Shown: positions 46,726 through 56,957, counted from the stretch's first letter. The stretch: DNA of 64,000 nucleotides from an uncultured Candidatus Saccharibacteria bacterium (GCA_964646415.1 CAZYEL010000002.1:8538-72537); one strand, 5' to 3'. Notes: generated by a model from the sequence alone, not told the origin. Made by a program: numbers and translations.

Positions 46726-47502
46726 GTGCACGAGCTTAATACGTCCGATATTGAGAAACAGGAAGCTATTGTCCGCCGAATTACTCACCAAAGATTGGGT
46801 GGATTCTGCACTTACCTTAATAAAGCAATCGATGTCTTGATCAAGCTTTATTACAGGTTGCCAAAAATAAAGGACGTAGAAACTCTTGAAGATAGATATC
46901 TATCTGATCTCGGTTACTGGCTTTATATGTCTACATTCACATTTCGATCTTGTTTCCTTCTCATCGAAAACGGTTATTATCTTGAAGCAAATATAATATG
47001 TCGAAGTCTGATCGAGATTTATGTAAAAATGCGCTATTTTGAGAACCGTAAGGATCAATTAGAAACTTTCGAGCAGCCACATATCAATTCTAAGAAGAGA
47101 CCCACGGTGAACTTTAAAACAATGTTTGATGAGGTTTTGCCAGGATACTACGATGAAGTCTATAGATTTATGCTTTCTCATATGGCTCATGGTGGGGTAG
47201 GGGCTCGACTTTTCAAAGTCAGATTCAGATCGCCGACAAATATGGAAGCAGACCAAGGCGTTGTATTCAATGAAGAGTGGGGTAGTATGGTAATTAATAA
47301 TTTAAGTAGTTATATTTTTGGTTATATAAGGTTTTATAAACACATCTACCCCGATACCATAAAAGGATTAGAGCCCGATGTGATTAAAGAACTATTATCA
47401 GTGGAGAAAACTTTAGAGACTAATTTTAATCAGCATATCCAGCTTAAAGGAAAAGAAAATGCTTGGCATAAAGTTTCCCGGCAAATCTGGGATTTCAAGT
47501 AG
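46726..47502 (+). CDS. DUF5677-like helical protein (low GC)
   Basis: GYYLEANIICRSLIE and Y..MLS..AH motifs; probable GTG start at 46726. Confidence 0.6.
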   Translation: MHELNTSDIEKQEAIVRRITHQRLGGFCTYLNKAIDVLIKLYYRLPKIKDVETLEDRYLSDLGYWLYMSTFTFRSCFLLIENGYYLEANIICRSLIEIYVKMRYFENRKDQLETFEQPHINSKKRPTVNFKTMFDEVLPGYYDEVYRFMLSHMAHGGVGARLFKVRFRSPTNMEADQGVVFNEEWGSMVINNLSSYIFGYIRFYKHIYPDTIKGLEPDVIKELLSVEKTLETNFNQHIQLKGKENAWHKVSRQIWDFK

Positions 47503-47513
47503 ATTAGAGATTA

Positions 47514-48803
47514 CTACCCCACCTTAATCTCCCCCACCACCTCCTCAAGATGCATCGCGTGCGAGCCCTTCACAAGCACGAGGTCTCCTTTTTGAATCAG
47601 GTTATGCACCGGATTCGCCGCATCTTCCGCCGTATCGAAACTCATAATGCGGTCGCGGGGAACGCCGGCATGGAGGGCGGCGTCGGCAATGAGCTTCGCG
47701 TGCGCGCCCACGGTGACGATTATGTCCGCGCATTTCGCGGCGAGCCGCCCGGCTGATTCATGCGCCTGCATCGCGAACGAGCCGATTTCAAGCATATCGC
47801 CCAGAACCGCGACGCGGCGGGTTCCCGGAAGGTCGCGGAGCGTCTCGAGTGCGCTCCGCATCGAGAGCGGACTTGCGTTGTACGAGTCGTCGAGCACGCA
47901 CGACTCCTTTACTCCCGCATGCAAATCCATACGTCCCTCTGCAGGCACATAGCGCTTCAATGCCTCGGAAATCGTGACGAGGTTCATGCCGAAAATCAAC
48001 CCGACGGACGCCGCCGCGCCCGCCGCGTACGCGTGCGCGCGCCCGAAGGCGTTGTCGAGCCGCACCGGCACGAAACTGCCGCCGTGCTCTATCTTAAACG
48101 AAATGCCGAGCGGCTTCCCTTCGAAGACCTTGTGCTCGAACCGCGCGAGCGCAACTTCCGCGCCGTCCCCGAATCCGTAAGTGCATACGTGCGCGCGCGT
48201 CTGGTCTTTAAGCGCCATGACCGCCGGGTCGTCGTGATTCAGCACCGCGAACCCCGCGGCGGGAAGGCTCTCGATAAGCCGCGCCTTTTCGCGGGCGACC
48301 TCCCCGGGATTCGCATAGAACTCCACATGCACCGGCACCTCGCCTATCGCCGTGATAACGCTCACGCTCGGCCGCGCAATCGAAAGGAGTTCCTTGATGT
48401 CCCCGGGTTTGTCCGCACCGTATTCAAGCACAAGAATCTCCGGATACTTCTTCTTCGGCAGAAAAAGAAACTGCGCCATGCCGCCGCAGAGCACCCGAAA
48501 CCAAAAAAACGCCTTGCGCACGGGCTGCCCCGGAGGAGCTTCCCTGCTCACGAGTCTCGCCGCAGCATCTCCCCACTCTCCCAAAATGGCGACAGGGAGC
48601 CCCAAATCGTTATTCAAATTCCCCGGCGCGGCGCGCACCCGCCGGGCCGCCCCGAGCACGGCGGCAATCGCAAGCTTTGCGGAAGTCTTGCCGACGCTCC
48701 CCGTTACCCCCACGATATCCGGCTCGAACCGCCACAATGTAAGCCGCGCAAGCGTTTTCAATTTCCAACGCAACATACTACGCACAAAATTTCTCATACT
48801 CAT
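47514..48803 (-). CDS. murF: UDP-MurNAc-tripeptide D-Ala-D-Ala ligase
   Basis: GVTGSVGKT, LEYGADKPGD, DDSYNASP, LGDMLE, LVKGS. Confidence 0.9.
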   Translation of the reverse strand: MSMRNFVRSMLRWKLKTLARLTLWRFEPDIVGVTGSVGKTSAKLAIAAVLGAARRVRAAPGNLNNDLGLPVAILGEWGDAAARLVSREAPPGQPVRKAFFWFRVLCGGMAQFLFLPKKKYPEILVLEYGADKPGDIKELLSIARPSVSVITAIGEVPVHVEFYANPGEVAREKARLIESLPAAGFAVLNHDDPAVMALKDQTRAHVCTYGFGDGAEVALARFEHKVFEGKPLGISFKIEHGGSFVPVRLDNAFGRAHAYAAGAAASVGLIFGMNLVTISEALKRYVPAEGRMDLHAGVKESCVLDDSYNASPLSMRSALETLRDLPGTRRVAVLGDMLEIGSFAMQAHESAGRLAAKCADIIVTVGAHAKLIADAALHAGVPRDRIMSFDTAEDAANPVHNLIQKGDLVLVKGSHAMHLEEVVGEIKVG

Positions 48804-48835
48804 GACTTATAACTTATAACGAATGCCGTTATTAG

Positions 48836-50503
48836 TCATAAGTTATTAGTTTTTGCCGCACTCGGCAGCCTGTCCGGCGGCACGTTGTAATAATTTAGCA
48901 TGAATTGCGCAAGGCTTTGGAACGCGGGCACGACGGAGAAGCCCGCAAGCGGCGCATCGGGCGGCTGGTCGAGCTTGATAAGAATGACAAAGCGGGGGTT
49001 GGTTGCCGGCCCGAATCCGACGTACGTATTGACAACATTTTCGGTATACCCTCCTTTTTTGAAATCAGGCACGAACGCGGTGCCGGTTTTCCCCGCAATG
49101 GCGTATCCGTTCACGCGGGCAACCGCCGCCCGGTCGACTGCGGACACCATCATGCCGGTGACCTGCCGCGCGGCATCCTCGCTCACCGCGCGCCGCACCA
49201 CTTTTGGTCCAAGACTCGCATCAACATACGGGCGCATAAGATTCCCGCCGTTCGCAATCGCGCCCACGGCCTGGAGAAGTCCGAGCGGCGTCACCGCAAT
49301 CCCCTGCCCGTAAGAAGCGGTGGCAAACACGATATCGCGCGCCCCCCGTTCGAGAAGCGGCCGGAGACTCCCCTTCACCTCGCCGGGGAGCGTAATGCCG
49401 GTCTTCTGGTCCAGCCCGAAGCGCCGGAGATATTCCAAAAAGGGAACATTGCCAAGCTTCTGCTGCGCGAACACCGCGCCGGTGTTCAACGAATGCTCGA
49501 TTGCATACGTCATGGAAACCTTCCCATGCTCACCGCGCGTCGCATAATCGAAATTTTTGATGGTATACCCGTTCATCGTGAGCATGCCTTTATCAACATA
49601 GGTGGTACTCGAAGCAATTTTCCCCGCGTCGATGGCGCCCGCCATGGTAACCACCTTGAGCACCGAGCCAGGCTCGTAAATCCGCTGCACCGAAGGATTC
49701 ATGAAATGCTCAAGCGGAAAAGTCCTGTAGGAATTCGGGTCGAATGTCGGGTAGCTCCCCATCGCGAGAATTTTCCCCGTCTTCGGTTCCGCGATGAGGA
49801 TGCTCCCTCCCTGCGCGCGGTATTCCGCCACAAGGTCTTTCAAGACGCGCTCCGTCTCGGCCTGAATGGTGGGGTCAAGCGTGAGCACCACATCCCCGCC
49901 GGATTGTGATGCGGTGAATTTTCCGTCTTCTTCGACTCCCGGCACGCCCTTCAGCGTGTCGTCAAAAAACTCCTCCACCCCGTACCGCCCCTTTTCCGCC
50001 TCGCCGCTTGCATCCGGCGCCACAAATCCCAGGACCTGCGCCCCAAGCGTCCCGTTCGGATATGACCTTCCGGACATGGCATCCACATATATTCCCTTCA
50101 AGTCCAGCGCCGCAACGGCGCCTGCCGTCGCCTCATCGGGCCGCTTTGAAAGAAGCACGTACAAACTGCCCTGCCGCGAAAACTTCGCGCGAAGCTCGTC
50201 GACGGAAAGGGGCACCACTCCCGCAAGAGTGTTCGCCGCCTCTTCAGGGTCGTCGATTTCTTTGGGAACGGCGTAGATGGTCGGAAAATCTTTGTTGAGC
50301 GCCATAGGAAACCGCGTGCCGTCTTTTCCCGTAAAATAAACAAGCCCCCGCGGCGCCTCAAACGACGCTATGGCGCGGTACTGCGACTGCGCACGGGCAA
50401 GAAATTGCTCCCCGCGCACAAGCTGCAGGTCGTACAAGCGGCCAATGAGGGCAAGATACCCGAGTGCGATGCCGAATATCACTGCCCCGAAACGGAACGC
50501 CAT
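48836..50503 (-). CDS. ftsI: Class B penicillin-binding protein (FtsI-like)
   Basis: EPGSVLK, SLN, GKTGT; dcw cluster context. Confidence 0.85.
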   Translation of the reverse strand: MAFRFGAVIFGIALGYLALIGRLYDLQLVRGEQFLARAQSQYRAIASFEAPRGLVYFTGKDGTRFPMALNKDFPTIYAVPKEIDDPEEAANTLAGVVPLSVDELRAKFSRQGSLYVLLSKRPDEATAGAVAALDLKGIYVDAMSGRSYPNGTLGAQVLGFVAPDASGEAEKGRYGVEEFFDDTLKGVPGVEEDGKFTASQSGGDVVLTLDPTIQAETERVLKDLVAEYRAQGGSILIAEPKTGKILAMGSYPTFDPNSYRTFPLEHFMNPSVQRIYEPGSVLKVVTMAGAIDAGKIASSTTYVDKGMLTMNGYTIKNFDYATRGEHGKVSMTYAIEHSLNTGAVFAQQKLGNVPFLEYLRRFGLDQKTGITLPGEVKGSLRPLLERGARDIVFATASYGQGIAVTPLGLLQAVGAIANGGNLMRPYVDASLGPKVVRRAVSEDAARQVTGMMVSAVDRAAVARVNGYAIAGKTGTAFVPDFKKGGYTENVVNTYVGFGPATNPRFVILIKLDQPPDAPLAGFSVVPAFQSLAQFMLNYYNVPPDRLPSAAKTNNL

Positions 50504-50796
50504 TGTGTATCCACCGCTACATACACCGGATTTTTCTCCCGGACGAGCGACCTCAATTCCGCGAACGCGGCAAGATGCGCAGTATCAAAAAGAGAAAGGA
50601 GATTGCTCTTCAGTCTGGCGTTTTCCGCTTCCTGCCTCTGAAGTGCGGCGGTTGCGGCGCTTATGCCCCTTTCGAAACTCATGGAGCGATTATATGCAAA
50701 TACAAGCGACCCGGCGCCCGCAATCATTATAAAGACCATACATGCAAGTATAACCGTAAGAATACTTTTTTTATTGTGAGGTTTGATAAAAGTCAT
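50479..50796 (-). CDS. FtsL-like bitopic coiled-coil protein
   Basis: TM plus coiled coil, located between rsmH and the PBP gene. Confidence 0.6.
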   Translation of the reverse strand: MTFIKPHNKKSILTVILACMVFIMIAGAGSLVFAYNRSMSFERGISAATAALQRQEAENARLKSNLLSLFDTAHLAAFAELRSLVREKNPVYVAVDTQWRSVSGQ

Positions 50797-50852
50797 GAAA
50801 GTAGAACTTAGGATTTAGCCATTAGAAGTTATGAGTGTCTAATTTCTACTGG

Positions 50853-51734
50853 CTAAGTTCTAATGGCTATCCGTGCGGCGCGCAGTTTTGCCGAACGACT
50901 CCGGGGATTCACTGCAATTTCTTCCTCGGAAGCAGTCACGGGCTTTTTGGTGATAATTTCGAGCGCCCCCTGCGCCGCCATCTCCCGAAACATTGTTTTC
51001 ACGATTCTGTCTTCGAGCGAATGGAATGAAATAATCACGACGCGTCCTCCGACACGCACTATCTTCGGCAACTCCAGAATCACGCGGCGGAGATTTTCAA
51101 GTTCGCCGTTCGCGTAAATCCGCAGGGCCTGGAAGGTGCGCGTGGCGGGGTGTATCCTCCCCCGTTCGTAATTTCCCGGAACCGCCGCGAAAACGGTTTC
51201 CGCAAGTTCCTTCGAAGTCAGAATCGGCGTCTGCTTCTCCCGCATCGCAATCGCCCGGGCAATCCGCATCGCGTATCGTTCTTCGCCGTAATCGCGGATA
51301 ATCCGCACCAGCTCGCGCTCGGGAGTTTTCCGGAGCAGGACCGCGACAGGCTCGCGGCTTCCGTCGTAGGTCATGAGAAGCGGCTCATCCCGCTCGAAGC
51401 TGAATCCCCGGGGCATATCCAGCTGTTCCGACGAGAACCCCAAGTCAAGGAGCAATCCATCCGCGTTCGGCAGGTTTCGCTCCGCGAGAATTTCCGGAAG
51501 GTCGGCGTAATTGCCATGGACAAGCACTATGTTTTCGCTATTCGCCATCCGCTCTTTGCTCTTTGCGAGCACGCGCTCATCCCAATCGATTCCCAAAAGT
51601 TTCCCGTCCGGTTTAACTTTTTCAAGAATCGCTTTCGCATGTCCCCCGCCGTTCACCGTCCCGTCAATTACGAACTTCCCCGGCGCAAGCGCCAGATATT
51701 GCAAAACTTCTTCTAAAAGAACAGGCGTATGCAT
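50853..51734 (-). CDS. rsmH: 16S rRNA m4C1402 methyltransferase
   Basis: HTPVLL, GGGHA, DLGFSS, FQALRI, SFHSLEDR, NPRSRSAKLR. Confidence 0.95.
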   Translation of the reverse strand: MHTPVLLEEVLQYLALAPGKFVIDGTVNGGGHAKAILEKVKPDGKLLGIDWDERVLAKSKERMANSENIVLVHGNYADLPEILAERNLPNADGLLLDLGFSSEQLDMPRGFSFERDEPLLMTYDGSREPVAVLLRKTPERELVRIIRDYGEERYAMRIARAIAMREKQTPILTSKELAETVFAAVPGNYERGRIHPATRTFQALRIYANGELENLRRVILELPKIVRVGGRVVIISFHSLEDRIVKTMFREMAAQGALEIITKKPVTASEEEIAVNPRSRSAKLRAARIAIRT

Positions 51735-51802
51735 GACGATGACGAATGACAATAACTATGACTGCACTCTAAACATTTGCCGCGTCATCGTCATGGTCAT
51801 CG

Positions 51803-52234
51803 TTAAATTCCAAGTTCCCCCAGCTTCTCCGCAATTTCTTCCGACGCCCCTTCCGTCTTCCGCTTGTACTCCGCCCATCGGGCGCTGTCCCAAATCTCCG
51901 CTCTGCTGTGGAGCCCCGCAAACGTCACTTCTTTCGAAAGACCCGCATACTTCCGGAGATAATCGGGAACAAGAATCCTTCCCTGACCGTCGAGCGCCAC
52001 ATCCATCGCGCCCGCAAGCATAAGCCGTACGAACGCCCGCGAGTTCGCCTGCGCGAGCGGCAGGGCAACCAGCTTCGCCGCAAGCGCTTCCCACTCCTTC
52101 GTCGCAAACAAAAACAAACAATTGTCCAAACCGCGCGTGATGATGGTGCCGACGCCAAGCGCGTCCTTAAACTTGGCCGGTATTGCCACCCGACCTTTTG
52201 AATCCATTGTGTGGTTGTATTCTCCGAGCAACAT
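51803..52234 (-). CDS. mraZ: Transcriptional regulator MraZ
   Basis: DSKGR, DGQGR, EIWD. Confidence 0.95.
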   Translation of the reverse strand: MLLGEYNHTMDSKGRVAIPAKFKDALGVGTIITRGLDNCLFLFATKEWEALAAKLVALPLAQANSRAFVRLMLAGAMDVALDGQGRILVPDYLRKYAGLSKEVTFAGLHSRAEIWDSARWAEYKRKTEGASEEIAEKLGELGI

Positions 52235-52242
52235 GTTGCTTT

Positions 52243-52312
52243 ATCAACGAATACCGAATGGATTGCGAATTTACGAATTCGTACATTCGAAATAGATTCG
52301 TTATTCGCTGAT
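52243..52312. repeat. Foldback element ATCAACGAATA...TATTCGCTGAT
   Basis: Homologous copies at 58777-58859 and 59411-59489. Confidence 0.8.
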
Positions 52313-52334
52313 GGTTATACCCAGAAGTGAGGAC

Positions 52335-52401
52335 TTATCCACAGCTTTATCCACTTCCCCCCACTTTGATACAATCTTATACCACTTTTATCTACTGTCA
52401 A
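52335..52401 (-). promoter_or_regulatory. mraZ promoter with GTGG boxes and DnaA-box-like sites
   Basis: TTGACA (52396-52401), TAAGAT; CCAC at 52339, 52351, 52361, 52382; TTATCCACA at 52335. Confidence 0.6.
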
Positions 52402-52515
52402 AACAATTAAAAACTCGCGAGGAAAACAAAAAATGCCTTATTTTTCAAGGCAATTCTCAAGACAAGACACAAACTATGCACAGTTCCCCTTTACGGGGGC
52501 TTCCCCACTCTCGAT

Positions 52516-53205
52516 TCAGGCCTTTCCGCGAACAAGTTTAAGATTTTTCACTTCCTCATACACGGTCCCGAAAACCATCCCCAGGAAAAAACCGTAGATG
52601 TATTCCTCAAGAGGGATTCCAAGAACAAGCACGCCCCATGTTCCCTGAAAATTCCACTCGCGCACGATGAACCCCCCGAACGCGAAGTCCACGAAGCGCA
52701 GCACAAGCACATACAGCGCCATGAACGTAACGCCCGCGAGCGCGCTTGGCTTTGCAAGGTCCGGGCGCGTCACAAGGAAGTAAGGCGCGAGGAGCGTCAC
52801 CACAATGAACCATGCCCAAAGAACGGAGTAGGACGTATATAACTTCACGAACACGAGAACGGCGGTGGACAAAAGAAGCGAACCGTAAATCATGTACGCG
52901 TGCGCGCGGCGGGGATGGAAACGCCGCGAGGGGACAAGCGCGTAGCCGAAAATCTCTTCATAGAGCGACGCGGCGACCCCGCCGATAAAAAAAGTGTGGA
53001 GCAGGCTCTCGACGTCGAACAGCCCGAAGAATTTGTGTATCACCGCCGGATTCCAGTATTCGGGCACAAAAAGCGGCTGGGTGAATCCGAACGGAAGAAA
53101 CAGGAAACTCACGAACAAAATCTCGTACCGGAGGTCTTTGCGGTAGAGAAAAAGCGCGAGCCATATAAGGCCGAAGATAACCGAGGAAGTGAGGTATGCG
53201 TACAT
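52516..53205 (-). CDS. Lycopene-cyclase-domain-like membrane protein
   Basis: FVPEYWNP and W.F..TWGVLVLGIPLEEY repeats. Confidence 0.7.
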   Translation of the reverse strand: MYAYLTSSVIFGLIWLALFLYRKDLRYEILFVSFLFLPFGFTQPLFVPEYWNPAVIHKFFGLFDVESLLHTFFIGGVAASLYEEIFGYALVPSRRFHPRRAHAYMIYGSLLLSTAVLVFVKLYTSYSVLWAWFIVVTLLAPYFLVTRPDLAKPSALAGVTFMALYVLVLRFVDFAFGGFIVREWNFQGTWGVLVLGIPLEEYIYGFFLGMVFGTVYEEVKNLKLVRGKA

Positions 53206-53209
53206 GGCA

Positions 53210-53959
53210 TTACGCCTTTCCCAAAAATACCTTCTCCAATATCCCGCTCTCCACTATTTTTTTCGATTCTCCTTCCGCAACTACTTTTCCTTTATCGAGC
53301 ACATACGCGCGGCTCGCGATGGAAAGTAGGGAAACAAGATTATGCTCCACGATAAGTATCGCGGTTCGGTGCCGGCCTGCCCGCCGAAACCTCAGCGTAG
53401 GCGGGTCGCTTATTTCTTTTATTTTTGCAAACACTTCTTTCACGATTTTGGGAGCCAAGCCAAGCGAGGGCTCGTCCAAGAGCAATACTTTGGGTTCGGT
53501 AATCATGCCGCGCGCAATTGCGAGCATCTGCTGCTCGCCGCCGGAGAGCATTCCCGCACTGCGGCTCCGCTTGTGTTTCAAGACCGGAAAGAAGTCCATC
53601 ACCTCCACGATGCGCCGCTTTCGCTCTGTTTTGTCTTTTACCAAAAATCCCCCCACCTCCAAATTTTCTTCGACGTTCAATCCCGTGAACACCCGCCGCC
53701 CCTGCGGCACGAAAGAAATACCGCGTGCAACAATTTCGTGCGGCACCGGCTTGATTGCTGCGCCATGCCAACGCACCTCACCGCTTTCGAGAGGCGCGAG
53801 TCCGAATATCGCTTTCAAGATGGTGGACTTCCCCGCTCCGTTCGGCCCCATGAACGCCACCACTTCCCCCTCGTCAAGTGAAACGCTCGCGCCGTCGAGT
53901 GCTTTGACACCGCCATAATGCACATGCACATTGTTTACTTGTAGTAACATGTCTTTCAT
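53210..53959 (-). CDS. livF: Branched-chain amino acid ABC ATPase with a 10-aa insert
   Basis: GPNGAGKS, VPQGRRVF, LSGGEQQMLA, DEPSLGLAP. Confidence 0.88.
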   Translation of the reverse strand: MKDMLLQVNNVHVHYGGVKALDGASVSLDEGEVVAFMGPNGAGKSTILKAIFGLAPLESGEVRWHGAAIKPVPHEIVARGISFVPQGRRVFTGLNVEENLEVGGFLVKDKTERKRRIVEVMDFFPVLKHKRSRSAGMLSGGEQQMLAIARGMITEPKVLLLDEPSLGLAPKIVKEVFAKIKEISDPPTLRFRRAGRHRTAILIVEHNLVSLLSIASRAYVLDKGKVVAEGESKKIVESGILEKVFLGKA

Positions 53960-54121
53960 AAATTCTAAATTCTAATATCGAAATTCGAAACAATATCTAA
54001 TTTCAAATGTTTAAAATTCAAAACGGTTTGGGTTATTGTCCTCCAAAGGCGGATCCGCCTCGGGCGGAAGATTTTGAACATTGGGATTTGTTTAGGATTT
54101 CGGATTTAGATATTAGGATTT
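53960..54121. repeat. Inverted heptamer-tandem element with a nested 30-bp double hairpin
   Basis: AAATTCT/AATATCG units on the left, GATTT units on the right, GGCGGATCCGCC core at 54039-54068. Confidence 0.75.
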
Positions 54122-54131
54122 GTGGCGAGCT

Positions 54132-54863
54132 TCATTCGCCAAGATATGCTTCCACCACCTCCCTCCTCGAGAGCACCTCATCCGGTTTCCCTTCCGCGAG
54201 AAGTTTCCCCGAATCGAGCACAAAAACGTAATCCGTGAGGCGGCGGATAAGCCCCATGTCGTGCTCCACCAAAATAATCGTTTTGCCCGCCGCTTTGAGC
54301 GCGCGGAACACTTCCGCCACCGTTTCCACCATTGCCGGGAAAAGTCCCGCGAAGGGCTCGTCAAAAAGATAAATATCCGAACGCATGGCATATGCCCTGG
54401 CAATCTCCAGAAGCTTTCGCTGTCCATAGGAAAGATTCACCGCAAGCTCGTTCCTCTTCTCCCAAAGCCCCACAAGCCGCAGCACTTCCTCCGCTTGCTT
54501 GAGGTGAAATTCGCTGTGCCGCTCAAACAACGCTCCGAATACGCCGCGTTCGGTGAGCACGAAGAGAATGTTGTCCAAGACGGGCATCTGCTCAAAGAGC
54601 CGCACATTCTGGAACGTCCGCGTGATGCCGTACGCGGGCAACTCCTGCGGCAAAATCCGCTTGAGCGCAACGCCGCTCACCACCACCGCGCCGCCGTCCA
54701 TGGGGAGAAGTCCGCTTATCACATTGATAAGCGTGGTTTTCCCCGAACCGTTCGGACCCACAAGCGCGGTGATGCTCCCCTTCTCTATTTTGAGCGAAAG
54801 GTTATCCACCGCGTACACTCCCCCGAAGTGCTTTGCAAGGTTCTTTATCTCAAGCGCGATCAT
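54132..54863 (-). CDS. livG: Branched-chain amino acid ABC ATPase
   Basis: GPNGSGKT, RTFQ, LSYGQRKLLE, AYLG. Confidence 0.88.
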   Translation of the reverse strand: MIALEIKNLAKHFGGVYAVDNLSLKIEKGSITALVGPNGSGKTTLINVISGLLPMDGGAVVVSGVALKRILPQELPAYGITRTFQNVRLFEQMPVLDNILFVLTERGVFGALFERHSEFHLKQAEEVLRLVGLWEKRNELAVNLSYGQRKLLEIARAYAMRSDIYLFDEPFAGLFPAMVETVAEVFRALKAAGKTIILVEHDMGLIRRLTDYVFVLDSGKLLAEGKPDEVLSRREVVEAYLGE

Positions 54864-54994
54864 GATATAACGATGCAAATATACTAATGCGTACTAATTA
54901 TACGAATCGGAATTCCTATTGGTATCATTAGCATGAATTCTCCGCCAGAGGCGGATCCGCCTTCGGAGGAGTATATTAATATTAGCATCGCGTA

Positions 54995-55876
54995 TTAGAA
55001 TTTATACTCCCCCATTATTCCCTGCGGCCTGTATAACATAAAGAGAATGAGCGCCAAGCCATAAACCGCCTGCTGCATATTCGCCGCAATGCTTGCAGGA
55101 AATCCCGCAAAGCGCAGCGCTTCGGGAAGCAGTATAAGGATGAGCGCACCCACGAGAGACCCCCGGATGTTCGCAAATCCCCCAACCACCACAACGGCAA
55201 GGACAAGTACCGAAGTCATTACGTCAAAAGTAGAAGGGTCAATGAACGCGAGGTATGACGCGAAGAGTGCTCCGGCAAGTCCCGCACACGCGGCAGCAAT
55301 GCCGGACACCGCAACTTTATACGCAAGCGTATGATACCCGAATACGCGCGCCGCCTCTTCATCTTCGCGAATCGCTTTGAGCACTCTCCCGAACGAGGAA
55401 GATACGACTCTCCGTGCAAACCAATACACCATACCCAGCAAAATAACGGTGAGAAAAAGAAATAAAATCGGCGTACCAATCCGTATCCCCAGAAAAGTTA
55501 CGGGCAGCGAGAAGGGGCGGCCGATTCCCGGGATTCCCAGCGGTCCATTCGTAAGACTTTCCCAATTCACGAATACGCTCACCACAAGATAGTTGAACGC
55601 TATGCTTCCAAACACATAGTAGTCGCCCCCCAGCCGCGAGAAAACCCACCCGGCGCATGCTCCTATCACCGCCGCGATCAATATTCCCGAAAGAGCGGCG
55701 AGAAAAAATCCCATGCCGAGCTTGGTCATAAGAATTGCCGCTGCGTAGGCGCCGATGCCGAAAAATGCCGCATGCATTACGGACACAAGACCGGTGAATC
55801 CCACAACCAAATTCAAGCTGACGCCTAAAATGGCGTAGATGGAAAATAAGGTGGCGAGGTGGATAAAATAAGACAT
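54995..55876 (-). CDS. livM: Branched-chain amino acid ABC permease
   Basis: LNLVVGFTG, LTNGPLG, GRVLKAIREDE, RPQG. Confidence 0.88.
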   Translation of the reverse strand: MSYFIHLATLFSIYAILGVSLNLVVGFTGLVSVMHAAFFGIGAYAAAILMTKLGMGFFLAALSGILIAAVIGACAGWVFSRLGGDYYVFGSIAFNYLVVSVFVNWESLTNGPLGIPGIGRPFSLPVTFLGIRIGTPILFLFLTVILLGMVYWFARRVVSSSFGRVLKAIREDEEAARVFGYHTLAYKVAVSGIAAACAGLAGALFASYLAFIDPSTFDVMTSVLVLAVVVVGGFANIRGSLVGALILILLPEALRFAGFPASIAANMQQAVYGLALILFMLYRPQGIMGEYKF

Positions 55877-55929
55877 AACAAATTACAAAATCCAAAATCC
55901 AAAATCCCAGCTTTGATATTTGAGCTTTG

Positions 55930-56799
55930 TCATTTGGATTTTCCTAAGATTCCCTGCGGTCTGAAAATCAAAAATAGCGTAAGCAACCCGAATGCAATCG
56001 CTCCCTTCCACTGGCTTGGGATAAACCAAATTGCAAAGTTTTCAACAAACCCCAGGAGAAACGCCCCGAGCACTCCTCCCGCCATATTCCCGATACCGCC
56101 CACAATGGATGGAATCGCCCCTTCTATCACGATGAATAACCCCATGTTCGGCTGGATACCGGTGTCCATTCCCACAAGCACTCCCGCAAATCCCGCGAGC
56201 GCGGCACCCAGAAAAAATATCCAAGAAATGACGCGATTGGTGTTTATTCCCAACATCTTTGCCACCTCCTCGTCATCCGAAAGCGCACGAATCACTTTCC
56301 CAAACATCGTAAAGCGCATCAGGAAAAACGATGTGACGCTTACCGCCAGGGCAAGCCCGATGATCCACAGCTGCACACCGGTAACGGATGCCCCCGCTAT
56401 CTCAAACACGCGCCCCCCTTGGGAATCGGAGAGCAGAAAAAACTGGCTGCTGAATATCACCGAGAGTATGGCTTGCGCAACAGTAAACAGCCCAAGCGAT
56501 GCAACAAAATGTGCCAGGGGTTTCGCGCGCCGCTTCCGCAGCGGCTTAAACACAAATATATCCGAAAGCGCCCCGGCAGCACCTCCGGCAAGCGTTCCCA
56601 AAATCATGCTCGGCAAGATTCCCCACCCCATCCCCCGCAACACGAAAAACGCTCCATACGCGCCCACGGCGGCGTAGCTCCCGTGCGCCATGTTAATGAA
56701 CCGTGTCGCTCCGAAAATAAGATTGAATCCGAGCGTGATAAGCGTATATATCGCTCCCGCAATCAGGCTGTTCGCGACAAGCTGGGCGAAAATGTCCAT
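55930..56799 (-). CDS. livH: Branched-chain amino acid ABC permease
   Basis: INMAHG, GKVIRA, IVGGIGN, RPQG. Confidence 0.88.
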   Translation of the reverse strand: MDIFAQLVANSLIAGAIYTLITLGFNLIFGATRFINMAHGSYAAVGAYGAFFVLRGMGWGILPSMILGTLAGGAAGALSDIFVFKPLRKRRAKPLAHFVASLGLFTVAQAILSVIFSSQFFLLSDSQGGRVFEIAGASVTGVQLWIIGLALAVSVTSFFLMRFTMFGKVIRALSDDEEVAKMLGINTNRVISWIFFLGAALAGFAGVLVGMDTGIQPNMGLFIVIEGAIPSIVGGIGNMAGGVLGAFLLGFVENFAIWFIPSQWKGAIAFGLLTLFLIFRPQGILGKSK

Positions 56800-56957
56800 A
56801 GAAAGCGTTAAGCTTTAAGTGATAAACGATAAGAAAAAACCGCGCATACGCAAGATTCAGTAATTCTAGCGGGTTATGAAGCAAAAAAGCAAAAGCCCCG
56901 CAGAATGGGGCCTTTGCCACTTATCACTTATCGCTTCGCACTCAAGCAATATTCCTG

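Noticed and set aside
53960-54121. Repeat arrays as possible CRISPR
   Set aside because: Degenerate 7-nt tandems without constant repeats or unique spacers, and no cas genes.
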